Below the pieces are notes generated by a model. That model had not been told where the DNA came from, made no database searches, and was given only the letters and a program-made list of their open reading frames with translations. A stretch of DNA of 64,000 bases, taken from positions 868,001 through 932,000 of the forward strand of contig NW_027191409.1 in the NCBI RefSeq assembly GCF_041146345.1. Reading direction: 5' to 3'. This document shows, one piece after another, positions 1 to 13,423 of the stretch. This DNA comes from Neodothiora populina. Lineage: Eukaryota. Each line of letters starts with the position of its first letter. Position 1 is the first letter of the stretch. Made by a program: the position numbers and the translations under genes.

Positions 1-1852
1 CGGATCCGTATGCTGCGTACGACAAGGCGCCGATGGATACCATGACTACGGTCACCACTGCCATGACCACTCCGAGAACTTTGGGGAATTTCTCTGGGTT
101 CTTCATGCCTGACTGGATGGGAATGATGAGTCCTATTCCTTCGAATGTGAAGATGGCGGTTCCGATGAACAGAGTCCAGTCGTTGCTGTTGAAAAGCTCA
201 ATGTCTGCTATGCCGTGATTGGTCGCCAATGTGAAAATATCGTAGTAGTACAAGTAGACAAGACCGAGCACGATAAAAGCGTCAGCAACTAGTGCTGGTT
301 TCTGAATGTTGTTGATATTGCGGTAGAGACTCAGGGGCATGAAAATGACAATTTGCAGCAAGATCAGCCATTTAATGTCGACGAAAGTGCGACATTTCGT
401 CACTGCCGAAATAAAAGCTTGCAGGTTCTCGCCGACGAAGACGATATATGCAGCTGCGAATCCTATTTGACTGACGACAAGCGAAAAGTTGATGAGGTTG
501 CGGAAGTGCTTGCCGTAGATTTGTCCTCCCATGTCGCCGAATGAGGCGTGGATTCGCAGTCGGACGTTGACCAACAGAATAAAGCACCAGAAGCTGAGGG
601 CGGCAATGAGCAAGAGAACGACGTTGCTGAAAAGCATACCACCGTTGAGAAAAGCTCGAGGCAGAAAGAGGACACCGGTTCCGACAAACGACTTCAACAG
701 AAGCAGAGCGGCACCACCAGGACTGGCACCACCGGCCTTCTTGACCTTTCTTCTTCTCCTTCTCTTGCTCGGAGTCAGAAGAGCACTGTCTTCTCCGTAC
801 TCTTCGTCTTCGTCGCGCTCTTCTCCATCCGTAGTGGTGTCGTCGTATTCGGAAGAGAAGTACTCGTCGGGGCCAAGATTCTCGTCATCCTCGTCAAGCG
901 TCTCACCAGCGAAGTGCCCGTAAAGCGTGAGAAACTCGATGAAGTTATTGGCGACAAACTGAGGTTTGTTCCTGGGCGGTTCGGTGACAGAACGGGAATT
1001 GGAAGGGCGAGGTTCACGCCCGCTGTCGGGGCTCGGAGATGCAGCAGTTCTGCGGATGAATTCTCTTCGCAGACCACCGGGTTTCTTGATGTTTGCGACT
1101 TCGGGATCCTCATCATCGCGCGGCAGATTCATACTCAAACTTCTCCTCAACCGGCCATCCCGACGTTCGTCCTCCTCGGCAAGCTGCCTCTCTTTCGCAT
1201 CCGTGTAGCGGTAGATGTGTCTCGTCATGTCTCCACCTTGCAGCTGCAGACTGTCGAACGCATCGTCATCTTCCTCATCCTCTTCCTCGAGTGCAGGTCT
1301 GGCGGGACTGCCTTCAGCCTGCGCTCTGAGATTGCTGCCAGAAGATCTGGTTCCGGGCCCGACGAGATGTCTCCTCAATACCTCAATGTCTTCGGTCCTA
1401 CCCGGACTGCGACCGACACTGCTGTCACGGTGAGACCCAGCAAACGACCCGTAATTGCTCCTCGGTCCGGCCCCAGCTCGGAAGGACGAAGGGCCACTCG
1501 GAGATTCGGAGGGACCAGGAAGGTTTCCGAACCGGGGCGGGCTTTGTCCGAGAGACTGCTTGATGGCAGCAGAAAGGGAAGACGGGCCGGGTCCCGACCC
1601 GGCAATGTTGTGTGGTCTCGAGGCAGACCTGCCGGGCAGAGGGGTAGCGCTTTCCGAGTTGTCGTTAGAGCGCTGGGTAGCTATCTGTCGCACAGTCGGT
1701 GGTGTCCCGGGGACAGGTGAAGCTAAACGGGCTGTGGAGAAGCTCCGTGTTGATGGTGAACCAAAGGGAGAAGACTCGCGGCGAGATGAAGACGTCTGAG
1801 CAGGTTGGGCCTGAGATGAAGTCGAGGCGCTCCGGCTGTGTGATGATGCCAT
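1..1852 (-). CDS. Vacuolar amino acid transporter, Avt3/Avt4 (AAAP) family; 3' end truncated by window edge
   Basis: Minus-strand ORF from ATG at 1852 (MASSHSRSASTSSQAQ...) running off position 1, so it is absent from the ORF track. Long Ser/Pro-rich N-terminus, then family motifs LQGGDMTRHIYR, LLKSFVGTGVLFLPRAFLNGG, hydrophobic TM segments and FIGTAIFTFEGIGLIIPIQSGM. Confidence 0.9.
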   Translation of the reverse strand, partial: MASSHSRSASTSSQAQPAQTSSSRRESSPFGSPSTRSFSTARLASPVPGTPPTVRQIATQRSNDNSESATPLPGRSASRPHNIAGSGPGPSSLSAAIKQSLGQSPPRFGNLPGPSESPSGPSSFRAGAGPRSNYGSFAGSHRDSSVGRSPGRTEDIEVLRRHLVGPGTRSSGSNLRAQAEGSPARPALEEEDEEDDDAFDSLQLQGGDMTRHIYRYTDAKERQLAEEDERRDGRLRRSLSMNLPRDDEDPEVANIKKPGGLRREFIRRTAASPSPDSGREPRPSNSRSVTEPPRNKPQFVANNFIEFLTLYGHFAGETLDEDDENLGPDEYFSSEYDDTTTDGEERDEDEEYGEDSALLTPSKRRRRRKVKKAGGASPGGAALLLLKSFVGTGVLFLPRAFLNGGMLFSNVVLLLIAALSFWCFILLVNVRLRIHASFGDMGGQIYGKHFRNLINFSLVVSQIGFAAAYIVFVGENLQAFISAVTKCRTFVDIKWLILLQIVIFMPLSLYRNINNIQKPALVADAFIVLGLVYLYYYDIFTLATNHGIADIELFNSNDWTLFIGTAIFTFEGIGLIIPIQSGMKNPEKFPKVLGVVMAVVTVVMVSIGALSYAAYGS

Positions 1853-2417
1853 GATGGGTTGGATGATTGGTCAAACTTGTTGATGTTTGGTAATTGTATC
1901 ACACACACAGAGACAGACGCTGATCGAAGGTATCCAGCCCTTGTCAGCTTAACGTCGCCGAGTATAAATTGATTGATTTGATTTCTTGTGTCGACAAGGG
2001 AGTGGACAGCAAGGAGAAGGAAAGAAGACGGCACGAGGTCAATATCCAGTGCACCTGACACTGAACAACCAAATCAGTGACCGCCTGACGGCTCCCGTCC
2101 GGGGAGTCGTGGTTGACGAGTAGTGGTGGTGATGGCAATGTGCTTTTGATAGCGTCGGTCTCGGCCTATCGGGACCAGTGCATGAATCGACGTGGATCTA
2201 TCTCTGTGGATGCAGATGCAGATGCAGGTGATGCAGTAAATAGACACTGCAAGTAAGTGGATGCGAAGATAAGAGTGTCGCAGATAAGAGTACGGTAGGT
2301 ATATACAAGACAGACTGAAAAGAAATACAAGTGCTTCTGTTTTGCACAAAGAGACTTTTCGATGCTTTGTGTAGAGTAAGGTATCCACTTCCAAGTGTTT
2401 ATGCTGACGGGAGTGCA

Positions 2418-2466
2418 GACTCGGACTCAGACTCAGACTCAAACTCAGACTCAAACTCAGACTCGG
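2418..2466. repeat. Imperfect hexamer microsatellite (GACTCA/AACTCA)n
   Basis: gactcggactcagactcagactcaaactcagactcaaactcagactcgg upstream of the AVT-like gene; a (GATGCA)n run lies at ~2209-2235. Confidence 0.85.
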
Positions 2467-2978
2467 GGCTCATCAGCACCTTGCAGTATCTCAACTACAG
2501 TATCTTACCTTAAGCTTCCACTGACAGCAGCCAAGTAAAAGGGTCAAAAGGAGCCGGATGTCTGTCAACCCCAGCCCCCTCGTCTTGCTAAAGCGAACGG
2601 CCAGTCCGCTTCTGCCGATTGATTATATTGCTTTGCTTCAACGACCTAAATAGCCGAGGATATCCCTCCCAAGAGACGTCAGCCTTGGCAAATCAGTCCT
2701 TGAAGAGGCAGGACAAAACTAATCCTCTATCGGCGCAGCTCTAGTGTCTTGTAGTACTGTACAGTACCGTGCTGTATCTTAGCTACAGCGAGATAGCCTA
2801 CAGTGCTTCGCAGCTACAGTATACTAGTCGTGTTACAGGACGACGCGAATTGAATAGAGATTTGATAGGCAGGTCACGCACACAAACGGGCCGAAAACAG
2901 GTTCCACGCGTGCTGCTGAAAGACGAGAATCCGTCGGCTTGTCCGCGTTCTATTTTCTTGCTCGTACAAGTAAACATC

Positions 2979-4643
2979 CTACTCGCTGTCGCTAGCGCTA
3001 ACCTCGTCGACCGCTCCGTCCTCGTCCTCGTCTTCCTCACTGTCCTGCTGCTCCGTAGGCCCATCCATGACGAAGGCGGCGAGACACGTTATGCGGTGTC
3101 CGGTCTCATGTGCTCCGATTAATGTCCCCACCTGCGCGTGCTCTCCTGCTGCTTTCGCAATCTCTTCGTCGCCTTCCACCTCCGCTGGTGCCGAGAGCTC
3201 TGACGCGCTGAACTTCCACACCCGCACTGCGCCGTCGCTGCTGCCTGTTACTATGAGCAGAGGAGCAGTCACGCCTGCATCGTCTGCGGCAGCTGGTAGG
3301 ACTACGAAATCCTTGATTCTGCCAATGAACCCGGATGCAACACCGCCAATCTGAGCAATCGCTTCGCAGCTTGCGAACTTTTGTTTGGGTGACGACGGTG
3401 CAGTAAGTTTCTTGACATCGTACAGCATGATCCTTCCATCCTCTGTTGAGACTGCGAGAAGACTATGGCCCTCTGGCACATGTGAGGCCGGCAGGAAGTG
3501 CATCTGGTGGATCTTGGTGAGTGGAGATGGTCGAATGGTTGCCTTTGGCACAGAGTCCTGCATTACATGTTAGTCCATCGAACACATGATAGATGGTATC
3601 AGAAGAAGACATACCATGCCATATATCACCGCTCCTCGCTCAAATCCCACGATATATTCTTCACCATCCTCACTCCACAGCACTTTCCTTCCCTCTCCGC
3701 TGCCGTACCTGCCCTCGCCGACAGCTTGTAGGAGCTCTCGGTCGAAATTGAGCACACCGGCCTTCTTTCCAGTCACCAGATTCCATAATCTCATGCTCTT
3801 TTCTCCCTTGCCAACGCTGACCATGACCTTCATGCTTGGATGAATGGCAAAATCATTGACACCTGCGGGCACTTCTCCCGGCCCTGCAGTATCGCCAGAC
3901 GGCCTACCCACAGGCTTCGGGATCGGGCATTTGATCGTAGATAGCACAGTCCAGTCGCGCGTCCGTGAGATGGCAACGGTGTTGTCGTCGGCCGCACTGA
4001 AGAGCTTGCCCTTGGTGGGAAACTGCAGCTTGTTGACGCTGCGCGCGTGATGTAATAGACTGCCCAGTTCGCGGTTTCTCGAGTTCTCGGCAATGCTAGT
4101 GTTTGCTAATGATGGTAATTGAGGCTCGTTGGAAGTCACAGGGGGGGATGTCGAGAGGTTGTAGAGGTTGATGCGCTCGTCTGTGCTGCCGGTCGCGAGG
4201 ATTCGCTTGTGGGCTTCGGTGGGAGGAGAGAGGGCCAGACATCTCAGAGCAGACGAGTGTGCTGCGAACAAGAAGGTATCCGTCACGGCAAGCTTGGTGT
4301 CTGCTGTTGCTGCTGCATCCTTGTCGCTCTTGGCTGTGGTCTTTTGGGTGATGCGGTTGGTAGGGAAGGTAGCTACGAATCCATGTAACACGCGCTCGTA
4401 GGATCCAGTGACAATCTGAATGGAGAGCTGTTCGCTTCTTGCGTCCAATGCTGTGGTTTCGCCATTCTTTACTGCAGCACTGGAAGACTTCTTTACTACA
4501 CTCCCCGTCTTGGGAGAAGCTATCGACTCCGAAGTCTCAGATGACTTTTTGCTTTTCTTTGTGGCTGCATCACTTGCAAATCTGGCATTCTTCTCTGTCT
4601 TAGCCCGCGCAGCCTGCAAATCTTCTCTCTTTCTTTTGACCAT
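2979..4643 (-). CDS. MAK11: WD40 60S ribosome biogenesis protein Mak11 / PAK1IP1
   Basis: Starts MVKRKRED at 4643. Motifs IQIVTGSYERVLHGF, LATGSTDERINLY, VNDFAIHPSMKVMVSVGKGEKSMRLWNLVTGKKAGVLNF, RIKDF and RITCL. One GT-AG intron at 3558-3614; acidic tail. Confidence 0.92.
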
Positions 4644-5079
4644 TTTGAGGAGATTTGTGTTATAATTCGAACACTGATAATCACAATGTTTATTTCTCTG
4701 ATGTACCCAAAGAAAAAAAAAGTTCAGTGAGATCACAGGCTTGGGGTATTATCGATCAGAAGAATCCGAAGCCAGTATCTCTATGTGGTCTGTGCGTCGC
4801 TTGAACCAAACCCTTTCCTGGTCCAGTCCCAAAAGTCCCCCTTTGCAAACACGGAAGGGCAGGTGCACCTCAAAGCAGCACACATACTGTACACGTACTT
4901 TGTACAAAGCAGAAAGCGCACATCCCCCGCGACGCCCGTGAAGAAACACCATCTCATTCACTCGTCAAGACGCGAAACTCCCATCGCCACACATATAATT
5001 TCTTACAGCACGCGCCTCAGCCCGTCATCATTTGTTTGAATGACTGGTGCTGTTGAATGCTTGATTGACTGCTTCTTCT

Positions 5080-8000
5080 ATGTCACTAGCATCATTACGT
5101 GATGGAACGCTGTCCGCAAAGTCATCCGATAGAGCGTACGTGTTTTTGCAATTTTCTCACGGGCGCATTTATCTGCAGTCTATTATTTGTTCTCTTGCGA
5201 AACCGAAAAGTCGCTCCGCTTGTATTTTCGACGCGTTGTTGTGAAGTTATGCTGATTTGATTGCAGGGCATCGCTCAGGAAGCGGTCGTCGAAGCTGCGC
5301 GCATTGAACGCCATCACCGCAACCATTACCCAGCACTGTGGTCTCTCCCCGAGCCTCAACACCGACTTCGATGCCATCCCTGCCCCACCACTCACTCCTT
5401 CCGAGTCCCGCTTTCTCGATGAGAACGATTTAGAGAAGTATGTCATTTAAGAATCACGTGCACTGGTCATCTCAATTCTTTATGTAGGCTTACCTTTCCC
5501 TTCTTTTGATAGAGGGCGCTACTTTCGGAATGATAGTCTGCCTGTAACACTAAAGGCCCTTGAGTCTATCTCTCCATTTAAACTAAGGCCCAAGTCGGCA
5601 GGCGACGAGGCGTCTGGTGTGGCAAAAGCCTCCACAGAGAATGCTGCTCCTGCTTCGCATCCGACTGCGAATGGTATCCGGGATGTCGTGGACTCCAAAC
5701 CCCCTCTTGACCTTGCCAAGGAGGCACCATTGGATCAAGTGCCTACGGACTTCTATCCCAAACGTGCTGATAGTGGACCCATCAAGCCATCCGACGTCGC
5801 GAGGAAGAATCCTGACCATCATGCGAAGACTGTTCACTTACCACCCAGGGAAGTCCAGGAAGAACGTCTTAGAGCAAGACGGCAGAGTCGAGATGAGCTT
5901 CGCGCCGCGCAATTGCGTGAAGCTGAGCATGTTCCTGTCGATGTTGCCTCTTCGCCATCGTCCACTGTAGGAGGATGGTCCGCGGCGACTCCTGCCCCAG
6001 CTGATCATTCACCCATGACTAGCGTTGGGGATGAAGCAACTGCGGTAGCAGACCGTCAGGACAAAAAGTCCGATGACAGCCAGGCTATGGCTATCGATGA
6101 GACTTCCGAAAAGCGTGAGCACGACAAGGCCCTTGATGCGCAGAAAGAAGCAGCTCGCCGAGAGATCCTTGGCCCAGATCTGGCATCCCCTGGTGTTCAA
6201 TTACGCCTAGAACAGGAACAGGCAGCCAAAGCCAGTCAAGTTGCGCAGGCCGCGGGTGCTGCGGCCTCAGCCGCCACTTCTGCTCTTGAAAGCGGCCCCC
6301 CTTCTAAATCAGAAGCAGCTGTTCCGGAACCTCACGACTCGGCTTCAGGACCGCCCAAATCAATCACTGATGGCCCTACTAAGACGCTTGACGCTGCCAA
6401 ATCCCAGCCTCCTCGACCAACAACCTTGAAAGATTCCTCCAGCGATCTAACGCAGCCACCTCTGCCAACCCCGTCCACTCCGGCTTCCGACAAGGCAATT
6501 GTGAGCAAGACGCCAACGACTGCCGTACAGACGACACCACTTGTGCCATCTGGCTCGCTGCGCCAGAAGCCGGTCTCTGACGTCATCAGCAAGAGCCCAA
6601 AGTCGTCACCATCTGGCATTCGACGTGGACCTGGTTCCGAGGCAGTCGCCACTATAGACCCCTCGAGGCTCTCGCACAACCCCCAGACCCTTTTACGGCA
6701 GGAGCGCGCAAAGCCAGAGCAGCGCATATCCGAAGCTCAAGATCAAGTCCGCTCAACCAGCGAGTCGCATCGCTACGATGATCTTCCTCTATCTTGCGAG
6801 GGATATGAAGCTTTGAGAGGCGCTCCCGAGGATCCAATGAGAGATTATCTGGAACCACTCTTCCGCATGCAAACCCACGACAATCTTCCCATTAACAAGA
6901 CGCTAGCTGAGCTTTTGACCAGGGCGAACAAGGTCGTAAGTACGTCAGATCAGTTCGCAGGCATACACGAGAGACAAGACCATAGAATACTTCGTCGGAT
7001 CTATGCTCTGCAGAATGCGAACAAGTGGTCTCTGAGGCAAATGCAGCCAGCTGAGGAGCCTGAGGCACCTAAGACCCACATGGATTACCTCATTGCCGAG
7101 ATGAGATGGATGAGGACCGACTTTCGGCAGGAGAGGAAGTACAAAAAGCAGCTTGCAAAGTACTTTGCCGAGGAGTGTGCTGCGTGGGTCAACTCTGACG
7201 CATCGGGGAGATTCTCACGACAGATCGCTGTTAAGGCATCGAATGAGGCGAAGACTACTTCTAACGCTCCTCATTCTCCCGCCGAGACAAATTTCGAGAA
7301 CCATGATCAAGGAAGTCAAGATGCCACCTCACTGCCCGAACTCGAGCCAGCGGATGAGCGTGACGCCTCTTCTCCGGAATCTGATCTACCAAGGACTCCT
7401 AATCATATCTACGTGCCCAAGGACATCTTTCCGGCTATGAGTATGGACAAGGACAACCTTCACAATCTGGACACTGATCAATTCCTCGGCGCTATAAATG
7501 AACTCCCGCTTTATACGACATTTGACGACGACCCCCCACACCCTGATGCCATCGTGCAGAGACCTGTTCCTTCAGTATCGAAGTTCTGTGAAGCAAAGCT
7601 TATGATCAAGATACCCGATCCCATCAAGAAAAGGAGCCGCTACGACTATTCCGAAGAAGACGAGGATGATGCACTATCGCAAATCCCCAAAGTCAAACGT
7701 ACCCGCGCTAAGGACGGTGGCGGTCTCGACCCGGAGCAGACCGACGTGGCTCTCTTCGATCCAGAAAACAAGTTATTGCGAGACAGGCTTCATTCGAATA
7801 CTGCGTTCCGTCCTCCATCTGAGTTTCCAATGCCAGCGTCACATTTCTACGAGTTCCGTACCTCCTCGCAATGGATTGCAGAAGATGATCAGTTACTCAG
7901 GCGACTTGCCAAGGATTACTCGTTCAATTGGTCCCTTATTGCTGACGAGATGTCTTTGCCGTCTAAGTTGGCAGGTGCCGCGGATCGTCGAACTCCTTGG

Positions 8001-10025
8001 GAGTGCTTTGAACGGTGGGTCGAGCTTGAGAGTCTTCCTAATGAGATGCGTAAGACACTCTACTTCAAGACCTGGAATCAGCGGATCGAGACTGCGCAGC
8101 GGAACAATGATCTACGCTACCAAGCCCAACTGCAGCAACAGTCACAAAACGGAGCGCAGCCACAGAATATCCAGCGACGTAGAACGCAGCCCGTACGGGT
8201 TGAAAAGCGCAGGACTAGTCGATACCTGCATGTCGTCGATGCAATGCGGAAGAACGCTCGCAAGAGGGAACAGCATGCGCATAAGCAGGCAGAAGGTGAG
8301 CCAATCTTTCGTGGGAAGCAACTATGTTACGCACCATCACTGACACATCTCACAGCTCAAAAAGCGGCCTCGTTGCGCAAACAGCACGAAAGCACTGCCC
8401 CGAAGGGTGTCATGCATTCACCCGCCGAGTTTAGTCGACTTCGCCATGAGAGAGACGTGCAATACGCTCAACGACAAGAACAATATCGACAACAAGTGCT
8501 TGAACGTCAACGGCAGGCAGCCTTGCAACAACGATCTGGACAGTATGCAGGTCAGGCGGGCCACCCTAATGCGAATCAACAGAGACCTGCCAATGGCCAG
8601 CAAGCGCAACCCGGTCACCCCACGCAGCATGTCGGCCAGAACGGTCAGATGCAGCCGCCTGCACAAGGCCAAGCACCCAGAGGCAGCAATGCACATCTCG
8701 CGAACGCACAGATGGGCATGCAGGGCAATATCCCTCAAGCACAGATGCAAGCCAATATGCGTGGCGGCAGCAACAATGTTACGAGTCACGGCCCAGCAGA
8801 CAGCATGCAACAGCAACGTCTCGCTCTCGAACAAGCCCATCGCCAAGCTCAGCTTAAGCAGCAAGCCCAGATGAATGGTCAGCAGTTCCAGATGGGCCCT
8901 CCAAATCGTGCGAGCCCTGGCGGAGCTCATGTCCCGAACGGAATGATGAACGGCCAAGCCAACCCCGCCATGATGTCGGCTATACAGCAGCAGCAACAAG
9001 TCACTTCGCATGGCTCAGCCCCAAATGGTACCTCGATGCAGCAAAATTACAATGCTCATACCAACGGTACCGCAGTATCTGCATCGCCCCACGTGCCTAC
9101 ACCTCCAAACCCGTCCGTCCAGCCCAATCATCCGCAGCAATCGCAGACGCTGCCTCAACAGCAGCATTCCCACCAGCAGGGACAGCAACACCAAAACGTG
9201 CAGTCGCAGACGCCGCATCCTCAGCAGCTATCCTCAGGCCATGTTCCTGCCATCACTCAAATCACACATCAGCTTCAAGCCAAACATCCAAACGCCACGC
9301 CAGAGCAGATCAAAGAATTGACTAGCCAGCATCTGAAACAGTTCTACAGCCAACAGCAAACTCACCAGGCTCGACAGAATGCCATGCATGCAGCCGCAGG
9401 TACACAAGGTGTCGCGCACACACCATCGACCCCGGCCGCCTACAACCAGAATCAAGCACAATCTCAGACTGCCTTCCAGCAAAACACCAATGCTACTCCG
9501 AACGGACACCCAAATGGCACTAACAATGTTCACCAAACTCCTAACATGCAAGCCAATGGCCATCAAGCGTATGGTAACAACCCCGCCAATGGAGTCAGCC
9601 AAAATCAGTACTCTTCAGCTATGCGACAACAATTGATCCAGCAACGGCAAAATCAATTGCAGACAGCAGCGGTACAGGCAGCAAATGGCAGTCCCCGTGT
9701 CGCTCAGGCAAGTCCTAACGTCACTCACGCGAGTCCGAGCATGAGCCAAGCCGTGCCCAGCAACATGAGTACCGGCGGCGCTGCACAAGCACAACAACTG
9801 AACCGTACACCTACACCTCAAATGGCTCGACTCAGCAGCGCAGGCCCAAATGTCACTGGCAATGTCAATCTCACCAGCAACAATAACACGACTCCGACCA
9901 ATCAAGTCAATGGACAAGGAAACGTTGTTGTCCCTCCTAATACCAACCACCAGAGCCCTGCGTCTGGTGGAATGGCGCAAGGTAGTCCCAGAGCCGTTGC
10001 TGCCGGAGTAGCTCAGAGACAGTGA
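5080..10025 (+). CDS. EAF1: NuA4 scaffold subunit Eaf1/Vid21 (HSA + SANT/Myb domains, Q-rich tail)
   Basis: HSA region KWSLRQM...EMRWMRTDFRQERKYK and SANT region W..EDDQLLRRLAKDYSFNWSLIA...RRTPWECFERW. The ORF-track start (5619) is internal. Inferred start is ATG 5080 (MSLASLRDG), with introns at ~5136-5266, ~5438-5511 and 8296-8355. Confidence 0.9.
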
Positions 10026-10546
10026 AGATAGATTGTAAGATGTATGGATGGATCGCACGGGGATGGACTGTATTGCGTCGGAAGCTTCAATAGAGCAAAG
10101 CAGACAGGCAGCAACTGCCTCACACAAACAAATCAGAAACAGACGAAGAGATAGCACAATACGCAATAGCATAGCATAAAACAAGCATCCGAGTGGAAGA
10201 AGGAAAACAAAAAAGAACTCCAGAATCTCCCCCTCTGCTACCTTGATTGAATTGAGTTGCAAGCGACAAGCAAGAACGCGTAGCCCGTGAAACTGTATGT
10301 GACTCTGGTTCTTGCTCTTTCCATGTGTCTTTCACTTTTACTCTCAGCCAAAATTCTCGAAGATCGGCATCGAATGGTTTACAAGCGTGAGGTGGTCATA
10401 TCTTGTCTGTTATCCTGATGCGCTGTTCTATCCTTGACACAAGTAATCAAAACGAGACCGAGAGATACTCCATGACCTCTGCGCCTCCCACTCCGGCGCC
10501 AACCAATCTGCTTCCCTGCGCTTGCCCCTCGCACACACACGCATTC

Positions 10547-13423
10547 TCAATAAGGCGGAGCCGTAGTCGTCTCCCGTGCCGCAGAGGCGAAATCCTCGCC
10601 CTCCAGCATATCAGCGTAGATCTGCAACGACGTGCCAATAACGTCGACGATAGCCCACGTCTGCGCGCCTCGGAAGATGGTGGCCCAGACTCTCAGGACG
10701 CCGGCGCTCAGATGTCTGTATTTGGCAGTTGCGGCCATTGCCTGCTGCTGCTGCTGCTGCTGATGCTGCTGGTGACGGTGGTGGTGATGGGTCGACGAAG
10801 AAGCAGAGGACGCAGACGCAGGCAGAGGAGAAGGGTAGCGAGGCGCGTTCCACAGCGCGGGAGGGATGGCGAATTCCGTTTCGTCGAGCATGGTCTTGAC
10901 TAGGCCTACGATGCGCTTCTCGTCGTCTGTCATTGGTGGATCGAGGGGTTGAGGGCCGGTTGAGAGTGCTTCGAGCCATTTGGAGAGCAGGAAGGCGCAT
11001 TCTAGTGAACACAGTGAGTGTTGGATCGACCAGATGAAGGTCTGGGTTTGGGCGACTAGTCGCACGCCGATCTTGACGGGGATTGATAGCGCGTGGGCGG
11101 AGTGTAGTACTGCGCGCACGAGTTTGGGCGTGCGTTTGATGGCGGGCGATTCGCGGAAAGCGTTTGCGATTTGGAACGGGTCGCGAGAGTCGAGGGCTCG
11201 TCCGGGCCCTGTGTCGATGTTGAGTCTGATATAGGCGAGTCGTAGCAAAGCAGTCGAGTTGAAGGCGAGTGGTCCGTTGGGGTCCATGGGGTCGAGAGAG
11301 GATTCCGGGTTGCGTTTCCAGCCTAATTGCCAATTGTACAAGGCCTGCTCCAAGGCGGTGATGTCTTCTGGTAGTAGGTCTCCATCGCCATCGTAGCGAC
11401 ATTTCGCGGTTTGACGCACGAAGAATATGTGTTGGATTATTGCATGAATCATGATGTAGTTTCCTAAAGATGTGTTCCACTCGGTTATGTCTCGGCCTCC
11501 TTTGACAAAAAGTCGACCAAGCGCGTCTTCGAACGTTGTTGGCTTCACTGCTTTCTTTCGCGCTTCCCGCCAGTCTTGTTCGCTGGATGCCCTAAACTCT
11601 TCAGAGCTTGACGGAAGTATCATCTTCAACTCGGCTAGTGGAAGTCAGTAAGGTTCGTCTCGCTGCACATTGACAGAACATACAATTGAGTATCAGTGGC
11701 GGTATATTGTAGACGATGCAATGAAGGTTGAAGAAGCAGAACACGATGAACTTGGTCCTCTTGACAGTCTCCAGGCGCACCCATTCATCCCAGCTTGAGA
11801 CGTCTTCTTCAGCACCGGAGCTTCGTAGGCCATCATCTCTCACAAGTGTCGCTAATGTGGAGGGGATAGCAAGAGCTTCTCTCAATATCTCTCTATGCTT
11901 GGCCCAAGTTGCCATTGCCATTAGTAACAGGAGCGCCTGCGCAGTCTGCATAAGGTCCTCTGGACCTGAGTCGTCCGGCGTCGCAGCATAGGACTCCATC
12001 CCAGATGGTGCGGAATGAGAAAGACTATCGCGTGAATACATTGAGCTTGATCGATAATTGCTGCGTGTTGCTGCTAGTCGAGCATCTCTCCTGCGAAGGC
12101 GTTTTGAGACAATAGCTTGACTGGCATGAAATAGCTCTACCCCTCGATCCGGCTCGAAACAATACTGAGCGCCGACTGCTGCCATTGCTAGGATAAGCTC
12201 GATGGAACAAGATTCGAGGGTGATGGTTGGAATGTGCAGAAACGGCAGGTGCTCGTGAAATCCACTGATATATGCAGCTAGGTAGCGAGAAAGTCCTAGA
12301 CGTGTAGGTAGCCTACAGTCTGGACTGACCACGGACGCGAACGGGCTGAACTTGTCCGCAAACGTCTGCATATCTGTGACTGACAGGTCAGAAAGAGGGC
12401 GTCTCCTCGGCTTACGATTCCGGCTGTATGGTGTACGTTCTTCTGGCTGAAGTGAGGGTAGCCTTGAGCCGAATCGTGAAAATGAGACCTGGTCCTCTAT
12501 CCGCGAAGGACTCGAGAGAGGATTGAAGGGAGCCAAGCGTGGACCATGTCCGCCAGCAGGTTCGTCATTAAGACTTAGCGATTCCGGCGAAAAGAATGGT
12601 ACAGGTTGCTCGGCACTGATGACTGACGAGAAATGGTTTGATGAAAAGGCTCCATTGTCCAGGAATGCAGCAAGATTATCAAGAGATCCTTCGAAGTCGG
12701 GGTCATTATGCACTGTCAAAGCTAAATTTTCGGCCGGAAGGTGAGTTGTTGTCGACAACGATGCAGAAGGACCTGGAGCAGAAAAGTCGGGTCGGCCATT
12801 CGGGATTTGAAATGGATGAGGTGCAGTTTGAGCTCTATACGGCGTTGTTGGTTCTGCCAGACTGTGCATGCTTGCCGCGGTAGCAGCCATAGAGTCCTGG
12901 AGCGCAGCTTGTTCGGCAGCAAATGATAAGGTTGCCAGGAAGTCATGGCCATGGTCTCTATTTGCCGGATATGTTTCCCTGTAAATCGAATGACTGCTGT
13001 GAGCTGGCCGTGTCACTATAGGTCGCTGGATCAGGGTCGGTGACTCCCAAGGCAGGAGACCGTTCTGCTCCTCCCCATGGTTGTTATTGGGGGGGTTCCT
13101 CTTGCGTTTCTTGCCTGCCGGCCTAGAGCCCTCCGCTCGTCGATCTGTGACATCCTTCTTATGTGTAAGTCTCTCATGACGGACAAGCAAGTCGCTGTGC
13201 CTGTCAGAAAAAATCTAAAGCAAGTCTACGTGAATTTGGTGATATACCTTCTGGTGAAGCGGCTCTCACATTGGGGACAATGAAAAGGTTTCTCCTGGGT
13301 ATGGGTCCGTTCGTGTCTGTCAGCATGCTCTTTCCTTGCAAACAGTCTGTCACAGAAACTACATCCGAATCGCTTTTCCTTCCCTCGAGGACTGCTCCCT
13401 TCGCCGCTTGCAAAGTCTTCCAT
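10547..13423 (-). CDS. C2H2 zinc-finger transcription factor (two Adr1-like fingers) with fungal-specific TF domain
   Basis: Spliced fingers [50 protein letters not shown]. Middle region YISGFHEHLPFLHIPT and W.EWVRLETVKRT. Introns at 13195-13247 and 11635-11683; poly-His/Gln insert near the C-terminus. Confidence 0.9.

Noticed and set aside
548..1720. 390-aa plus-strand ORF
   Set aside because: Antisense shadow of the AVT-like transporter.
2418..2466. CRISPR-like array
   Set aside because: Simple hexamer microsatellite with no spacers, in a eukaryotic genome.
8450..10025. Q/N-rich prion-like tail of EAF1
   Set aside because: Normal feature of Eaf1/Vid21 orthologs.
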